NCBI GenBank assembly: GCA_965205295.1
Contig: OZ242167.1
Location: 135,788 to 199,787, forward strand
DNA from: Candidatus Multivorans sp.
GTDB taxonomy: Bacteria; Acidobacteriota; Thermoanaerobaculia; Multivoradales; Multivoraceae
Length of the DNA stretch: 64,000 bases
Direction of reading: 5' to 3'
The notes beneath the pieces are model-generated. The model had not been told where the DNA came from. It was given only the letters and a program-made list of their open reading frames with translations, and did no database searches. A program made the position numbers and the translations under genes. Positions 48,393 to 57,904 of the stretch are shown piece after piece; positions within the stretch are counted from its first letter, which is position 1; every line of letters begins with the position of its first letter.

Positions 48393-48561
48393 CAGTAGAG
48401 CCGCTGGCGCCCGAATGTCAACCGTCCCTGACAGTTCGATGGCAATCCGCGGGCGAGCGCGGACGATATCGAGTGGAAGCGGTAGAGTCGCTTGGTCCTG
48501 CGTTGGAGGGATGACCGGTGGGTCTACGGGAAGTCGGGCGAGAAGAAGGGGAGAACTGTCT

Positions 48562-50394
48562 GTGAGGAAACCACACGGGAGCAGAGGAGGTCTGCCCACT
48601 TCCGCCATCGTTCGTGGACTCGCCATGGTGCTGGTTGCCGCCCTGGCGCCTCTAGCCGTCTCGCCTTCGAGTGTGTCCGCTCAGGAGGACGCGCCGACCG
48701 CGGCGGCGGTGCCGGTCGAGGAGTTCGAACTCGACAACGGCATGCGCTTCCTGCTCGTGCGGCGCCCGGAGCTGACCACGGTGGCGGTCGCCTGGGCAGC
48801 CCATGTGGGCTCGGCGAACGAGCGGCCGGGGATCACCGGTCTGGCTCACTTCTTCGAGCACATGATGTTCAAGGGCACGCACACGATAGGCACGAAGGAC
48901 ATCGAGCGGGACCTCGAGATCATCGCGGAGCAGGAGGCGGTCCAGGAGAAGGTCCGCGCCGAACTGCGCGAGCAGCGTCGCCGCTACCGGCTGGGTGAGA
49001 TCGACGATCCGTACGACCCGGCCCACCGGACCGACACCCTGAACGCCCTCCGCGCCGAGTTCCAGGAGCTCGTCGAGGAGCAGCGAGAACTCATGGTGAA
49101 GGACGAGCTGGACAAGGTCTACACCGATGGCGGCGGCACGAGCCTGAACGCCTTCACCAGCGAAGACTTCACGGTCTACATCAATCAGTTGCCGGCGAAC
49201 AGGCTCGAACTCTGGTTCTGGCTCGAGTCCGACCGGCTGCTGAATCCGGTGTTCCGGGAGTTCTACTCCGAGCGCGACGTCGTCTACGAGGAGAGGCGCC
49301 TGCGCACCGAGTCGACGCCGACGGGCCGCTACGACGAGCAGGCGGACGCCATGTTCTGGCAGTCCCACCCGTACAGTTGGCCGGTCGTGGGTTGGCCGTC
49401 CGACCTGGAGGTGATCAGCAAGGCGCAGGCCGACGAGTTCTTCGGCAGCTACTACGCCCCGAACAACCTGACTGGTGTCCTGGTCGGCAACTTCGATCCG
49501 GCCGAGGTCCGGGAACTGGCCGAACGCTACTTCGGCCGGCTGGAGCGGAGCGAAGGCGAGGTCCCGGATGTCGTCACGCTCGAGGCGGAGCAACTTGCCG
49601 AGAAGCGGCTGACCGCCGAGTGCGATTGTCAGCCGCAACTCCAGGTCCGGTACCACGCGGCGCCGTTCGGACACGCGGACGGGTACGCACTCGACGTGAT
49701 CGCGGGCGTCCTCAACGGCCGCACCGGGCGCCTCTACGAGGAAATGGTCGAGGGCGCCGAGGTCGCGTCCAGCGCCAGCGCCTTCTACGAGGCGAGGAAG
49801 TACGCCGGCGTGTTCAACCTGCGGTCCGAGACCAAGGGCGAGGCCACGCCCGAACAGCTCCTGGCCGCCTGGGACCAGGTCGTCGAGGAACTGATCGCCG
49901 AACCGGTGCCGGAGGACGAACTGTCCAAGGTCAAGAACCGGGTGTCGGCGGATACCTACCGGCAACTACGCAGTCCGTTCTTCCTGATGATCCAGTTGGC
50001 GGTCAGCGACGCGCTGGGCGACTGGCGCTACCTGAACACGGTGGCGGAGCGCACGAACCAGGTCACGGCGGAGGACGTGCAGCGGGTGGCGGCGAAGTAC
50101 TTCGAACCGTCCAACCGGCTGGTCAGCCTCTACTACCGCAAGGCGGGCTCGGAGGCGCAGGAGATCCCCGCCGAACTGGAGGCCCTGCCGCCGGAGATGC
50201 GGACGGCCCTGATCTCGCAGGCGAAGGCAATCGAGGCGATCGAGGATCCGGCTCAACTGGAGGCGGTTCTCGAGCAGATCGACGCCCAGGCGGCCCAGGT
50301 GCCGGAAGAGATGCGGCCGGCGCTCGACTGGATGCGGGGTGTGATCGAGGAACGGCTCGCCGAACTGGGGGAAGGCGAAGGGGGTGAGCGATGA
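48562..50394 (+). CDS. M16-family zinc peptidase (pitrilysin/insulinase-like), secreted, active-site subunit
   Basis: GTG at 48562 is preceded by GGGGAG and gives a signal peptide. The inverted zinc motif HFFEHMMFKG (HxxEH) is present. Confidence 0.8.
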   Translation: MRKPHGSRGGLPTSAIVRGLAMVLVAALAPLAVSPSSVSAQEDAPTAAAVPVEEFELDNGMRFLLVRRPELTTVAVAWAAHVGSANERPGITGLAHFFEHMMFKGTHTIGTKDIERDLEIIAEQEAVQEKVRAELREQRRRYRLGEIDDPYDPAHRTDTLNALRAEFQELVEEQRELMVKDELDKVYTDGGGTSLNAFTSEDFTVYINQLPANRLELWFWLESDRLLNPVFREFYSERDVVYEERRLRTESTPTGRYDEQADAMFWQSHPYSWPVVGWPSDLEVISKAQADEFFGSYYAPNNLTGVLVGNFDPAEVRELAERYFGRLERSEGEVPDVVTLEAEQLAEKRLTAECDCQPQLQVRYHAAPFGHADGYALDVIAGVLNGRTGRLYEEMVEGAEVASSASAFYEARKYAGVFNLRSETKGEATPEQLLAAWDQVVEELIAEPVPEDELSKVKNRVSADTYRQLRSPFFLMIQLAVSDALGDWRYLNTVAERTNQVTAEDVQRVAAKYFEPSNRLVSLYYRKAGSEAQEIPAELEALPPEMRTALISQAKAIEAIEDPAQLEAVLEQIDAQAAQVPEEMRPALDWMRGVIEERLAELGEGEGGER

Positions 50395-51932
50395 TGGCGC
50401 GCGTGCACTTGAGGGTTGGCCGCCGGCAACTGAGTGTCCTGGTCTTCCCGGCCCTGCTGGTCGGGCTGAATGCCCCCGGCAGTGCCCAGAGCGGCGGCGA
50501 GATCGTCGATCATCCGACCAAACTGACCTACGGCCCGCTCGACTTCGAGCTGCCGGATGCGGACTCCTACCGGCGCGAGCTCGCGGCCGGCGTTCCGGCC
50601 TACCTGGTGGAGGACCACGCCCTGCCGCTGGTCGACATCACGGTGCGCCTCCGCATCGGCGCCTACCTGGAGCCGGCGGAGAAGACGGGGCTGGCCGGCC
50701 TCACCGGCAACCTGATGCGGACGGGCGGCGCCGGCGAACTCGAAGCGAAGGCCTTCGACGAAGCGGTGGAGGCGGTCGCCGGCGATTTCTCGTCACGGAT
50801 AGGCAGCACCGACACCCGAATGTCGATGAACTGCCTGTCGACGGTGCTCGACGAGTGTCTCGACCTGTTCTTCTCCATGCTCAGCGACCCCCGCTTCGAT
50901 GTGGAGCGCCTCGATCTCGCCAAGCAGAACGAGTTGGAGAGCCTGAAGCAGCGCAACGACGATCCCGCCTCTGTCGCGGGCCGCGAAGGCCAGTGGTTGC
51001 TCTACGGACGCGACCACGTCGAATCCCGGTTTGTCACCGAAGCCTCGCTTTCGACGATCGAGCGGGGAGACCTCGCCTCGTTCCACCGCAGGTACGTCCA
51101 TCCTCGGCACATGGTCATCGCGGCCGCCGGCGACTTCGACGGCGACGAACTCGAGGCCAAGCTGTCGGCGCTGCTCGACCGTTTCGATGGCGAAGGGACG
51201 CAGCAGGCGCCGTGGCCGCCGCAGGGGGCGGAGCACGAGCCTCCGGCGGGCGTCTACGTTGCCCGGCAGGACATCCCGCAGGGGCGGGTGCAGATCGGCC
51301 ACCGGACCTTCCAGCGCGAGAACTGGGACGATCCCGACCACTTCGCGCTGGCGATGATGGACAGTGTTCTCGGCAACGGCGGCTTCACCACCCGGTTGAT
51401 GAAGAGGATCCGCTCGGACGAGGGACTCGCGTACGGCGCCTACTCGAACTTCGGTATCGGCAACCACTGGCCCGGCAATCTCAGCGTCACCTTCCAATCG
51501 AAGAGCGAGACGGTGGCCTTCGCGGCGAAGATCGCGCTCGAGGAGATCGACCGCCTGCGGGCGGAACCGGTCCCGGAGGACGAACTCCGGACGGTCAAGG
51601 CGTCCGTGATCGAGACCTTCCCAGGCAACTTCGAATCGGCGCTGGCGGTGGCGTCCATTTTCGCCCAGGACGAGTTCCTGGGCCGGCCTCACAGCTACTG
51701 GCGGACGTACCGCGAGAACGTCGAGGCAGTGACGCCGGCGGACGTTCAGCGGGTGGCCGAGCGCTACCTCGCCCCGGACAAGCTGGTCATGCTGATCGTC
51801 GGCGACTGGGAGGCGATCGAGCCGGGCGACAGTGACGGCCGCGCCACGATGGCGGAGATCGCGGCGAAGATCGGCGGTGGGGTCACCATGCTGCCGGCGC
51901 GGGATCCGCTGAGTCTGGACGTCGTCGAGTGA
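50391..51932 (+). CDS. M16-family peptidase homolog (likely non-catalytic partner subunit), secreted
   Basis: The ATG overlaps the upstream stop (ATGA). M16 fold without the HxxEH motif. Signal peptide present. Confidence 0.75.
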   Translation: MMARVHLRVGRRQLSVLVFPALLVGLNAPGSAQSGGEIVDHPTKLTYGPLDFELPDADSYRRELAAGVPAYLVEDHALPLVDITVRLRIGAYLEPAEKTGLAGLTGNLMRTGGAGELEAKAFDEAVEAVAGDFSSRIGSTDTRMSMNCLSTVLDECLDLFFSMLSDPRFDVERLDLAKQNELESLKQRNDDPASVAGREGQWLLYGRDHVESRFVTEASLSTIERGDLASFHRRYVHPRHMVIAAAGDFDGDELEAKLSALLDRFDGEGTQQAPWPPQGAEHEPPAGVYVARQDIPQGRVQIGHRTFQRENWDDPDHFALAMMDSVLGNGGFTTRLMKRIRSDEGLAYGAYSNFGIGNHWPGNLSVTFQSKSETVAFAAKIALEEIDRLRAEPVPEDELRTVKASVIETFPGNFESALAVASIFAQDEFLGRPHSYWRTYRENVEAVTPADVQRVAERYLAPDKLVMLIVGDWEAIEPGDSDGRATMAEIAAKIGGGVTMLPARDPLSLDVVE

Positions 51933-51990
51933 AGGGTTCGGAAGCGGAGTGCCGCGGGCGGACACCTGGCGGTGAGCAGGGCGTGATCGT

Positions 51991-53346
51991 TTGCAGGCGC
52001 TAGACAACTTCCTGCAGGTCGTCGTGGGGTACGCCTGGGGCATGCCCCTGGTCGTCCTGCTGATCGGTTCGGGCGCCTTCTTCTGCCTCTACCTGCGCCT
52101 CCGGCCCCTCTTCCACATGGGGCACGCTACGGCGGTCACGCTCGGGAGGTACGACTCCGACGACGATCCGGGGCACATCAGCCACTTCCAGGCCCTCTCC
52201 ACGGCGCTGGCGGCGACCATCGGCGTCGGCAACATCGGTGGCGTGGCGATCGCCGTGACCCAGGGCGGCGCCGGTGCCGTGTTCTGGATGTGGGTGGCGG
52301 CGGTCGTAGGCATGGGGACCAAGTTCTGTTCCTGCACCCTGTCGCAGATCTACCGTGGCCGGGACGAGCGGGGCACGCTCCAGGGCGGTCCGATGTACAC
52401 GATCGAACTTGGCCTGGGAAAGAAGTTCCGGCCGCTGGCGATCATGTTCTGCTCCTTCGGCCTGTTCGGTTGCCTGCCGATGTTCCAGAGCAACCAGGTC
52501 GCGGAGTTGCTGAATTCCCAGTTCGGACTCGATCCGATCCTGACCGGCGTGGGCTGCGTGGCCCTGGTGGCTCTGGTCGCGTTCGGCGGCGTCGAGCGGA
52601 TCGGCGCGGTGACGGCTCGCTTCGTGCCCGCGATGTGCCTGCTGTACCTGGGCATGGCCCTATGCGTCCTGTTCGTGCGTTCGGACGTGGCCGTCGAGGT
52701 GTTCGCCCGCATCTTCCGCGAAGCCTTCACCGGCACCGCCGTGGCCGGCGGCGCGATGGGGATCGGCTTCCAGCAGGCCATGATGATCGGCGTCCGCCGC
52801 GCGGCGTTCTCGAACGAAGCCGGGCTTGGCACTGCGCCGATCGCGCACGGCGCGGCGAAGACGAGCGAGCCCGTGCGCGAGGGCCTGGTCGCCATGCTGG
52901 GGCCGTTCATCGACACGATCGTCGTGTGCAGCCTGACCGCCTTCGTCATCCTGTCCAGCGGCCTGGAGACCGTCGGTGAGATCACCGGCGTTTCGCTGAC
53001 CGCGGACGCGGTCCAGAGCGCCCTCGGTACCACGGGCCGCGCGTTGCTCGTACTGATCGTGATGATGTTCGCGATCTCGACGATGGTGAGCTACTCGTAC
53101 TACGGCAAGCGCTGCTTCGCCTACCTGTTCGGCGCGAAGCACGACGGGCTGTACACCTGGTTCTACCTCGGGGGCATCTTCCTCGGCGCTTGGTGGAGCG
53201 CCAGCATGGTGATCAACCTGATCGACACGGCCCTCGCGTTGATGGCGGTGCCGAACCTGATCGCGACCCTGCTGCTGGCGCCCAAGGTGAAGCGTGCGGC
53301 ATTCGACTACTTCGGCCGGTTACGGGCGTCCCGCCGAGCATCTTGA
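51991..53346 (+). CDS. alanine/glycine:cation symporter (AGCS family)
   Basis: 451 aa. Typical AGCS N-terminus and multiple TM segments (GVGNIGGVAIA). Confidence 0.85.
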   Translation: MQALDNFLQVVVGYAWGMPLVVLLIGSGAFFCLYLRLRPLFHMGHATAVTLGRYDSDDDPGHISHFQALSTALAATIGVGNIGGVAIAVTQGGAGAVFWMWVAAVVGMGTKFCSCTLSQIYRGRDERGTLQGGPMYTIELGLGKKFRPLAIMFCSFGLFGCLPMFQSNQVAELLNSQFGLDPILTGVGCVALVALVAFGGVERIGAVTARFVPAMCLLYLGMALCVLFVRSDVAVEVFARIFREAFTGTAVAGGAMGIGFQQAMMIGVRRAAFSNEAGLGTAPIAHGAAKTSEPVREGLVAMLGPFIDTIVVCSLTAFVILSSGLETVGEITGVSLTADAVQSALGTTGRALLVLIVMMFAISTMVSYSYYGKRCFAYLFGAKHDGLYTWFYLGGIFLGAWWSASMVINLIDTALALMAVPNLIATLLLAPKVKRAAFDYFGRLRASRRAS

Positions 53347-53365
53347 GGGCGACCGCGGTTGCCGG

Positions 53366-53737
53366 CTACCTGGGGAAGTAGCGAACGTCCCGCAGACCTT
53401 CGAAGTCCGAGTCCTGGGTCCAGAGTTCCGCTTGTTCCGAGTACGTGGTCGCGAGGATCGTGGCGTCGGCCATCGGCAGCGAGAATTCGAGGGACAACTG
53501 CGCCGCACGGAGCGCGAGTTCGGCGGACAGGTCGATGACCGTACCTTGCTGCATGGCCGCAACGGCCTCCAGTGCCTCGGCCTCGGAACGCTGTCGGGCC
53601 ATGACCCTGAACACCTCGTAGAGGCAAATCACGGGTACGAGGAGCCTCCTTGTGTCGAGGATGGGCTCTTCATACAGATCTGCACGCTCGGAGTCGGCGA
53701 GGAACTCAAGCCACGCCGACGAGTCGACGACGTTCAC
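53366..53737 (-). CDS. vapC: PIN-domain ribonuclease toxin VapC
   Basis: N-terminus MNVVDSSAWLEFL and conserved acidic PIN residues. Overlaps the upstream antitoxin by 4 nt. Confidence 0.8.
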   Translation of the reverse strand: MNVVDSSAWLEFLADSERADLYEEPILDTRRLLVPVICLYEVFRVMARQRSEAEALEAVAAMQQGTVIDLSAELALRAAQLSLEFSLPMADATILATTYSEQAELWTQDSDFEGLRDVRYFPR

Positions 53738-53940
53738 AGTCGATCGGGCTCGCGGTCGACCGTCGTGTCGATTCCCTTGGCGAACCCTCGGTATTCCCGC
53801 ATCGGCTTGACCGGAATCAGTTCGATGCGCCCGCCGAGGCGAATCGCCTGGATCTTCTGACCTGGCTTGAGCCGTAGAGCCTTGCGGATCTCAAGCGGGA
53901 TGACGACCTGGTACTTGGGTGAAAGGGTCACTTCGGTCAT
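53734..53940 (-). CDS. vapB: AbrB/MazE/SpoVT-type antitoxin VapB
   Basis: 68 aa. Swapped-hairpin barrel motif (YQVVIPLEIRKALRLKPGQ). Confidence 0.75.
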   Translation of the reverse strand: MTEVTLSPKYQVVIPLEIRKALRLKPGQKIQAIRLGGRIELIPVKPMREYRGFAKGIDTTVDREPDRL

Positions 53941-53984
53941 GGTCGTACAACGGTAGCACGATCGATCGTGTTGCCGTATGACGG

Positions 53985-54680
53985 GTGCTCCGACGGGATG
54001 AAGAGGGTGGGTTCCTCCGCAGTAGAGTCGACGGCATGGCAGCCAGCGCGGTCGCGGTCAGCCTGGCGCTAGCCGTCGGGCCGGCGCCGGCGCTTGATCT
54101 CTGTAGCCCCGATCTCGCTGCCGGCGGTGGAATCACGCAGGGCGGCGAGCTTGGGTTGGCGCAGGATCTGCCCCCTGTCGGGCAGTGGAGCGTGTCAAGC
54201 CGTGCTGCCGGCCGCCGGATCCGGGAAGGCTGCGGCTTCGGCCTCATCGAAGAGCCCCTGGCGGCAGTGCGCGACGTGGTCGACGCGGCGGAGGAGTTCG
54301 ACGAGTTCATGCCACGGATGCTCGAGTCCGATGTCGAGCCGGTCTCGCCGGGCGTCTACCTGAACCGGCAGGTCTTCGACATGCCGTTCCCGGTGCGGGA
54401 CAGGCGGTACACGCTACGGGTCGAGACCGAGACCTTCGCCACCGGCTCGGGTACCGGCTGGCGAGCTGGCTGGACCTACGTTGAAGGCTCCGGCAACGTC
54501 CGGACCAGCACCGGTTCTTGGACCCTGATTCCGCTCGCCCCGGAGCGCACCGTCCTTGTGTATCGGGTGCTCAGCGACCCGGGCGGCATGCTCTCTGCTC
54601 GGATTTTGGACTACGCGGCGCCCCGCATGCTTCGGCAGGTGCTTGACGCGATTCGGGAGAGAGTCCAGAGCCGCAGATGA
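53985..54680 (+). CDS. hypothetical protein, possibly SRPBCC/START-like ligand-binding fold
   Basis: 231-aa ORF with coding-like composition; only a weak resemblance to the polyketide-cyclase/START superfamily. Start uncertain (alternative M at 54033). Confidence 0.35.
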   Translation: MLRRDEEGGFLRSRVDGMAASAVAVSLALAVGPAPALDLCSPDLAAGGGITQGGELGLAQDLPPVGQWSVSSRAAGRRIREGCGFGLIEEPLAAVRDVVDAAEEFDEFMPRMLESDVEPVSPGVYLNRQVFDMPFPVRDRRYTLRVETETFATGSGTGWRAGWTYVEGSGNVRTSTGSWTLIPLAPERTVLVYRVLSDPGGMLSARILDYAAPRMLRQVLDAIRERVQSRR

Positions 54681-54731
54681 TGCAGGAACCGGATGCCGGG
54701 CAGATGGCCGTCTCCGGCCGGCCAGGCGCCG

Positions 54732-56507
54732 TCAGAAGGCGACCGCGGCGCTGTTGCTGCGGTTGTGGGAGGCGGCGCGGAGTTCGCCGGTCTGGGGGTC
54801 GCGGCTGATCGCGATCCACACGCCCTCGCCGCCGAAGCGGGCGCCTTCGGTGTCGAACTCGACGTAGTCGTAGCCCGTCTCGTCCAGAACGTGCGTGGGG
54901 AAACGGCCCTTGGGGACCGCGACCTTGACGCCGGCGGGCGTGAACGAGGGCATGAAGAAGTCGGGGGCGTCGATCGCCTCGTCGACCGTCATGCCGAAGT
55001 GGATGACGTTCTGCAGGGCCTGGAAGGTCCGTTGGTGCAGGCCCGAGCCCATCGAGGCGAAGCCGAGCACGGCCTTGCCGTCGCGGAACAGGATGCCGGT
55101 CTCGGTGGGCGACTCGAGTCGGTTGCCGGGGCCGGCGCGGGCGATCTGCATCTGCTGGAAGGAGGCCGGGTCGCCGATCGTGACGCCGCCGGTGACGATC
55201 GCCGTCTTGCCCCAGAGGACGCAGTTGATGCTCTGGGTCATGGCGGCGATGTTGCCGTGGCGGTCGACCGCCACGACATCGTCGGAGTGCTGCGGCGGCC
55301 GGGGCGAGAAGGGAGTCGGAATCCTGCCGCCCTCGACCAGGGGCCAGAGCTTGGCCGCGTTCGCGGGGTCCAGCATGCCGCCGGTCGACAGGTCGACGCC
55401 GGGGTACATCTGGCCGACCATCGCGTCGGGCAGAAAGTCCAGCGCGTAGAGCTGGGTGATGTCGAGCGCCTTCTTGAGCGCCGTGCCCGATTCGGACCAG
55501 TGGCCGTCGGCGGCCAGGCCCGAAGCTCTCGCCAGGTGCTGAGCGAGGATCAGGGAGGCGCCGCCGTTGTTGGGCGGCGGGTTGGTGTAGACCCGGTAGC
55601 CGTTGCCCAGGTCGGCCTGGAGCGGTTCGCTCCAGATCACCTCGTAGGCCGCTAGATCCTCAAGCGTCATGCGGCCGCCGTCGGCCTGGACGGCTGCAAC
55701 AAGGCGTTCGGCCCACGGCCCCGTATACATGTAGTCGACGCCTTCGGCGGCCACCGCCCGCAGGGTCTCGGCCAACGCTGGTTGGCGGAACGTGTCGCCC
55801 GCCGCGTACGCCGATCCGTCGGCCTTGAGCAGCGTGGCGCGGGTCTCCGGCAGGCGGGCGAGGTCTTCGGCGCGCAGGGTCCAGTAGGACGCCATCCGCT
55901 CCGAGATGGCGAAGCCCTCCTCGGCAACGGCGACCGCCGGCTGGAACAACTGCTCGAACGGGAGCTCACCGAACCGCTCGTGCGCCGAGCCGACACCCTT
56001 CATGAAGCCGCCGACCAGGGCCGTCCGGCCGCTCGGATCGCGGCCCAGCATGCCGCGCTCGGGATCGCTCAGGTCGACGCCGCCTGGGATCGACATCGGG
56101 TTCGTTTCCGCGAGCACCGTGTTCCACTCGGCGTTCATCGTGTACACGGTGTCGGTCGAGGCGTCGTAGTACACGAGCGACATGACCCCGAAGTAGCTGA
56201 TCGGCGCTCCCGCGGTCAGCGCCACCTGGGTGAGCGCCGATGTGAGCAGGGCGTCCATCGCGTTGCCGCCCTGCTTCAACGCTTCGAGTCCGGCGCGCGC
56301 GGCGAGCGCGTTGTAGGCGACGCTGACGGCGCCGTTCCTGCCCGTGGCGACGCCGGCGTTCCGCCGGTACTCGCTCTGGGCTTCGAGGTAGCGGTCGTAG
56401 TCCTGCCGCCACTGCTGCGGCCTGAGGTCGGCTTCGTCGTTCGCGGCAACCGGCAGCGCGGCGACCAGCAGGAACAGGAGTGCGATTCGGATCGATCTGA
56501 ACGTCAT
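54732..56507 (-). CDS. ggt: gamma-glutamyltransferase / glutathione hydrolase proenzyme
   Basis: ATG at 56507 is preceded by AAGGAG. Signal peptide. GGT family sequence; the conserved autoprocessing Thr site is inferred from family membership and was not located. Confidence 0.85.
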   Translation of the reverse strand: MTFRSIRIALLFLLVAALPVAANDEADLRPQQWRQDYDRYLEAQSEYRRNAGVATGRNGAVSVAYNALAARAGLEALKQGGNAMDALLTSALTQVALTAGAPISYFGVMSLVYYDASTDTVYTMNAEWNTVLAETNPMSIPGGVDLSDPERGMLGRDPSGRTALVGGFMKGVGSAHERFGELPFEQLFQPAVAVAEEGFAISERMASYWTLRAEDLARLPETRATLLKADGSAYAAGDTFRQPALAETLRAVAAEGVDYMYTGPWAERLVAAVQADGGRMTLEDLAAYEVIWSEPLQADLGNGYRVYTNPPPNNGGASLILAQHLARASGLAADGHWSESGTALKKALDITQLYALDFLPDAMVGQMYPGVDLSTGGMLDPANAAKLWPLVEGGRIPTPFSPRPPQHSDDVVAVDRHGNIAAMTQSINCVLWGKTAIVTGGVTIGDPASFQQMQIARAGPGNRLESPTETGILFRDGKAVLGFASMGSGLHQRTFQALQNVIHFGMTVDEAIDAPDFFMPSFTPAGVKVAVPKGRFPTHVLDETGYDYVEFDTEGARFGGEGVWIAISRDPQTGELRAASHNRSNSAAVAF

Positions 56508-56545
56508 GGCGTCTCCTTGGGGCTTCGCTGTTCTGTCGAGTGGCC

Positions 56546-57793
56546 TCAACCCGGGTGGGCCAGCACGACGACCACATTCTGACCGCCGAAGCCGAAGGCG
56601 TTCACGAGCGCCACGTTGGTGGGGTGGGCCCGGGCCCGATTCGGGACGTAGTCCAGGTCGCAGTTTGGGTCCGGTCGTTCCAGGTTGATCGTCGGGGGGA
56701 TCGTGCCCTCACGAATCGTCTTGACCGCGGCCAGGGCCGATACCGCGCCGGCCGCCCCCAGCATGTGGCCGACCTGGGACTTGGTGGCGGTCACCGCGAC
56801 CTCCCGGGCGTGTTCGCCGAGGGCTGCCTTGATCGCCAGGGTCTCGGCAACGTCGCCCAGCGGCGTCGCCGTGCCGTGGGCGAACACGGCGTCGACTTCA
56901 CCAGGGTCGACCGCGCTCGACTCGAGGGCGCGGGTCATTGCGGCGGCAGCGCCCGCGCCGTCGGGACGCGGCGCGGTCAGGTGGTGCGCGTCGGCGGTGA
57001 CCGCGCCGCCCCTGACCTCGGCGTAGGCGCGGGCGCCCCGCTGCTCCGCGTGCCGTTCGGTCTCGACCACGAACGCGGCGGCGCCCTCTCCAAATACGAA
57101 ACCGTCGCGGTCGGCATCGAACGGTCGGCTCGCGGCCCGCGGGTCGTCGTTGCGGGTAGAGAGGGCCTGCAGACGGGAGAACGTGGCGACGATCAGCGGC
57201 GTGATGCACGCCTCTGTGCCGCCGGCGACCACCGCGTCGACCTCTCCCGAGCGCAGCAGCCGGTAGGCCTCCAGCAGGGCGTAGTTGCCGCTCGCGCAGG
57301 CCAGGGTCGAGGTGGTGGTGGGGCCGGTGACGCCGAGCTCGATCGAGATCAGGCACGAGACAGCGTTCGGCATCACGTCGGTGATCAGGAAGGGGTTCGC
57401 CTTGCGTGGGCCGTGCGCGACCAGTTGCCGGGTGCCGTTCTCCATGCTCGCCACGCCGCCGCCGCCGGTGTTGAAGGTGATCCCGTAGCGGTGAGCTGCG
57501 GCGGGGTCGATCTCCAGATCGGCGTCCAGGAGGGCCTGCTTGGCCGATGCCACGGCGAAGTGGGTCGACCGCGCCAGCCGGCGGGCCGCCTTGCCGGCCA
57601 GCCACTCGGTGGGGTCGAAGTCCCGTACCTCGCAGGCGATCTTCACCTTGAAGGCCTCGGTGTCGAACGAGGTGATCGGCCCGGCGCCCGAGTCGCCGGC
57701 CTTCATCCGTCGCCAGAAGGTCTCGACATCGTTGCCCACCGGTGTGACGGCGCCGAGCCCGGTGATCACGATCCGGCCGTTGTCCGTTGGCAT
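56546..57793 (-). CDS. fabF: beta-ketoacyl-ACP synthase II
   Basis: Active-site Cys (LACASGNYA) and the His-His pair (HGTATPLGD, GHMLGAAG). 415 aa. Confidence 0.85.
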   Translation of the reverse strand: MPTDNGRIVITGLGAVTPVGNDVETFWRRMKAGDSGAGPITSFDTEAFKVKIACEVRDFDPTEWLAGKAARRLARSTHFAVASAKQALLDADLEIDPAAAHRYGITFNTGGGGVASMENGTRQLVAHGPRKANPFLITDVMPNAVSCLISIELGVTGPTTTSTLACASGNYALLEAYRLLRSGEVDAVVAGGTEACITPLIVATFSRLQALSTRNDDPRAASRPFDADRDGFVFGEGAAAFVVETERHAEQRGARAYAEVRGGAVTADAHHLTAPRPDGAGAAAAMTRALESSAVDPGEVDAVFAHGTATPLGDVAETLAIKAALGEHAREVAVTATKSQVGHMLGAAGAVSALAAVKTIREGTIPPTINLERPDPNCDLDYVPNRARAHPTNVALVNAFGFGGQNVVVVLAHPG

Positions 57794-57904
57794 CCGGTGA
57801 GGATAGCGCCGTCTGCCGGGCGCTGCGGGCGGCGTGAGCCGTTTCTCCTGCGCTACGCTCGCCGTTCGCTATCTGCAAGAGGTCCTAAGCCGGGGAGTCC
57901 GAGT

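Noticed and set aside
51933-51990. Glycine riboswitch upstream of the alanine/glycine:cation symporter
   Set aside because: The intergenic region is only about 58 nt, too short for a tandem or single glycine aptamer.
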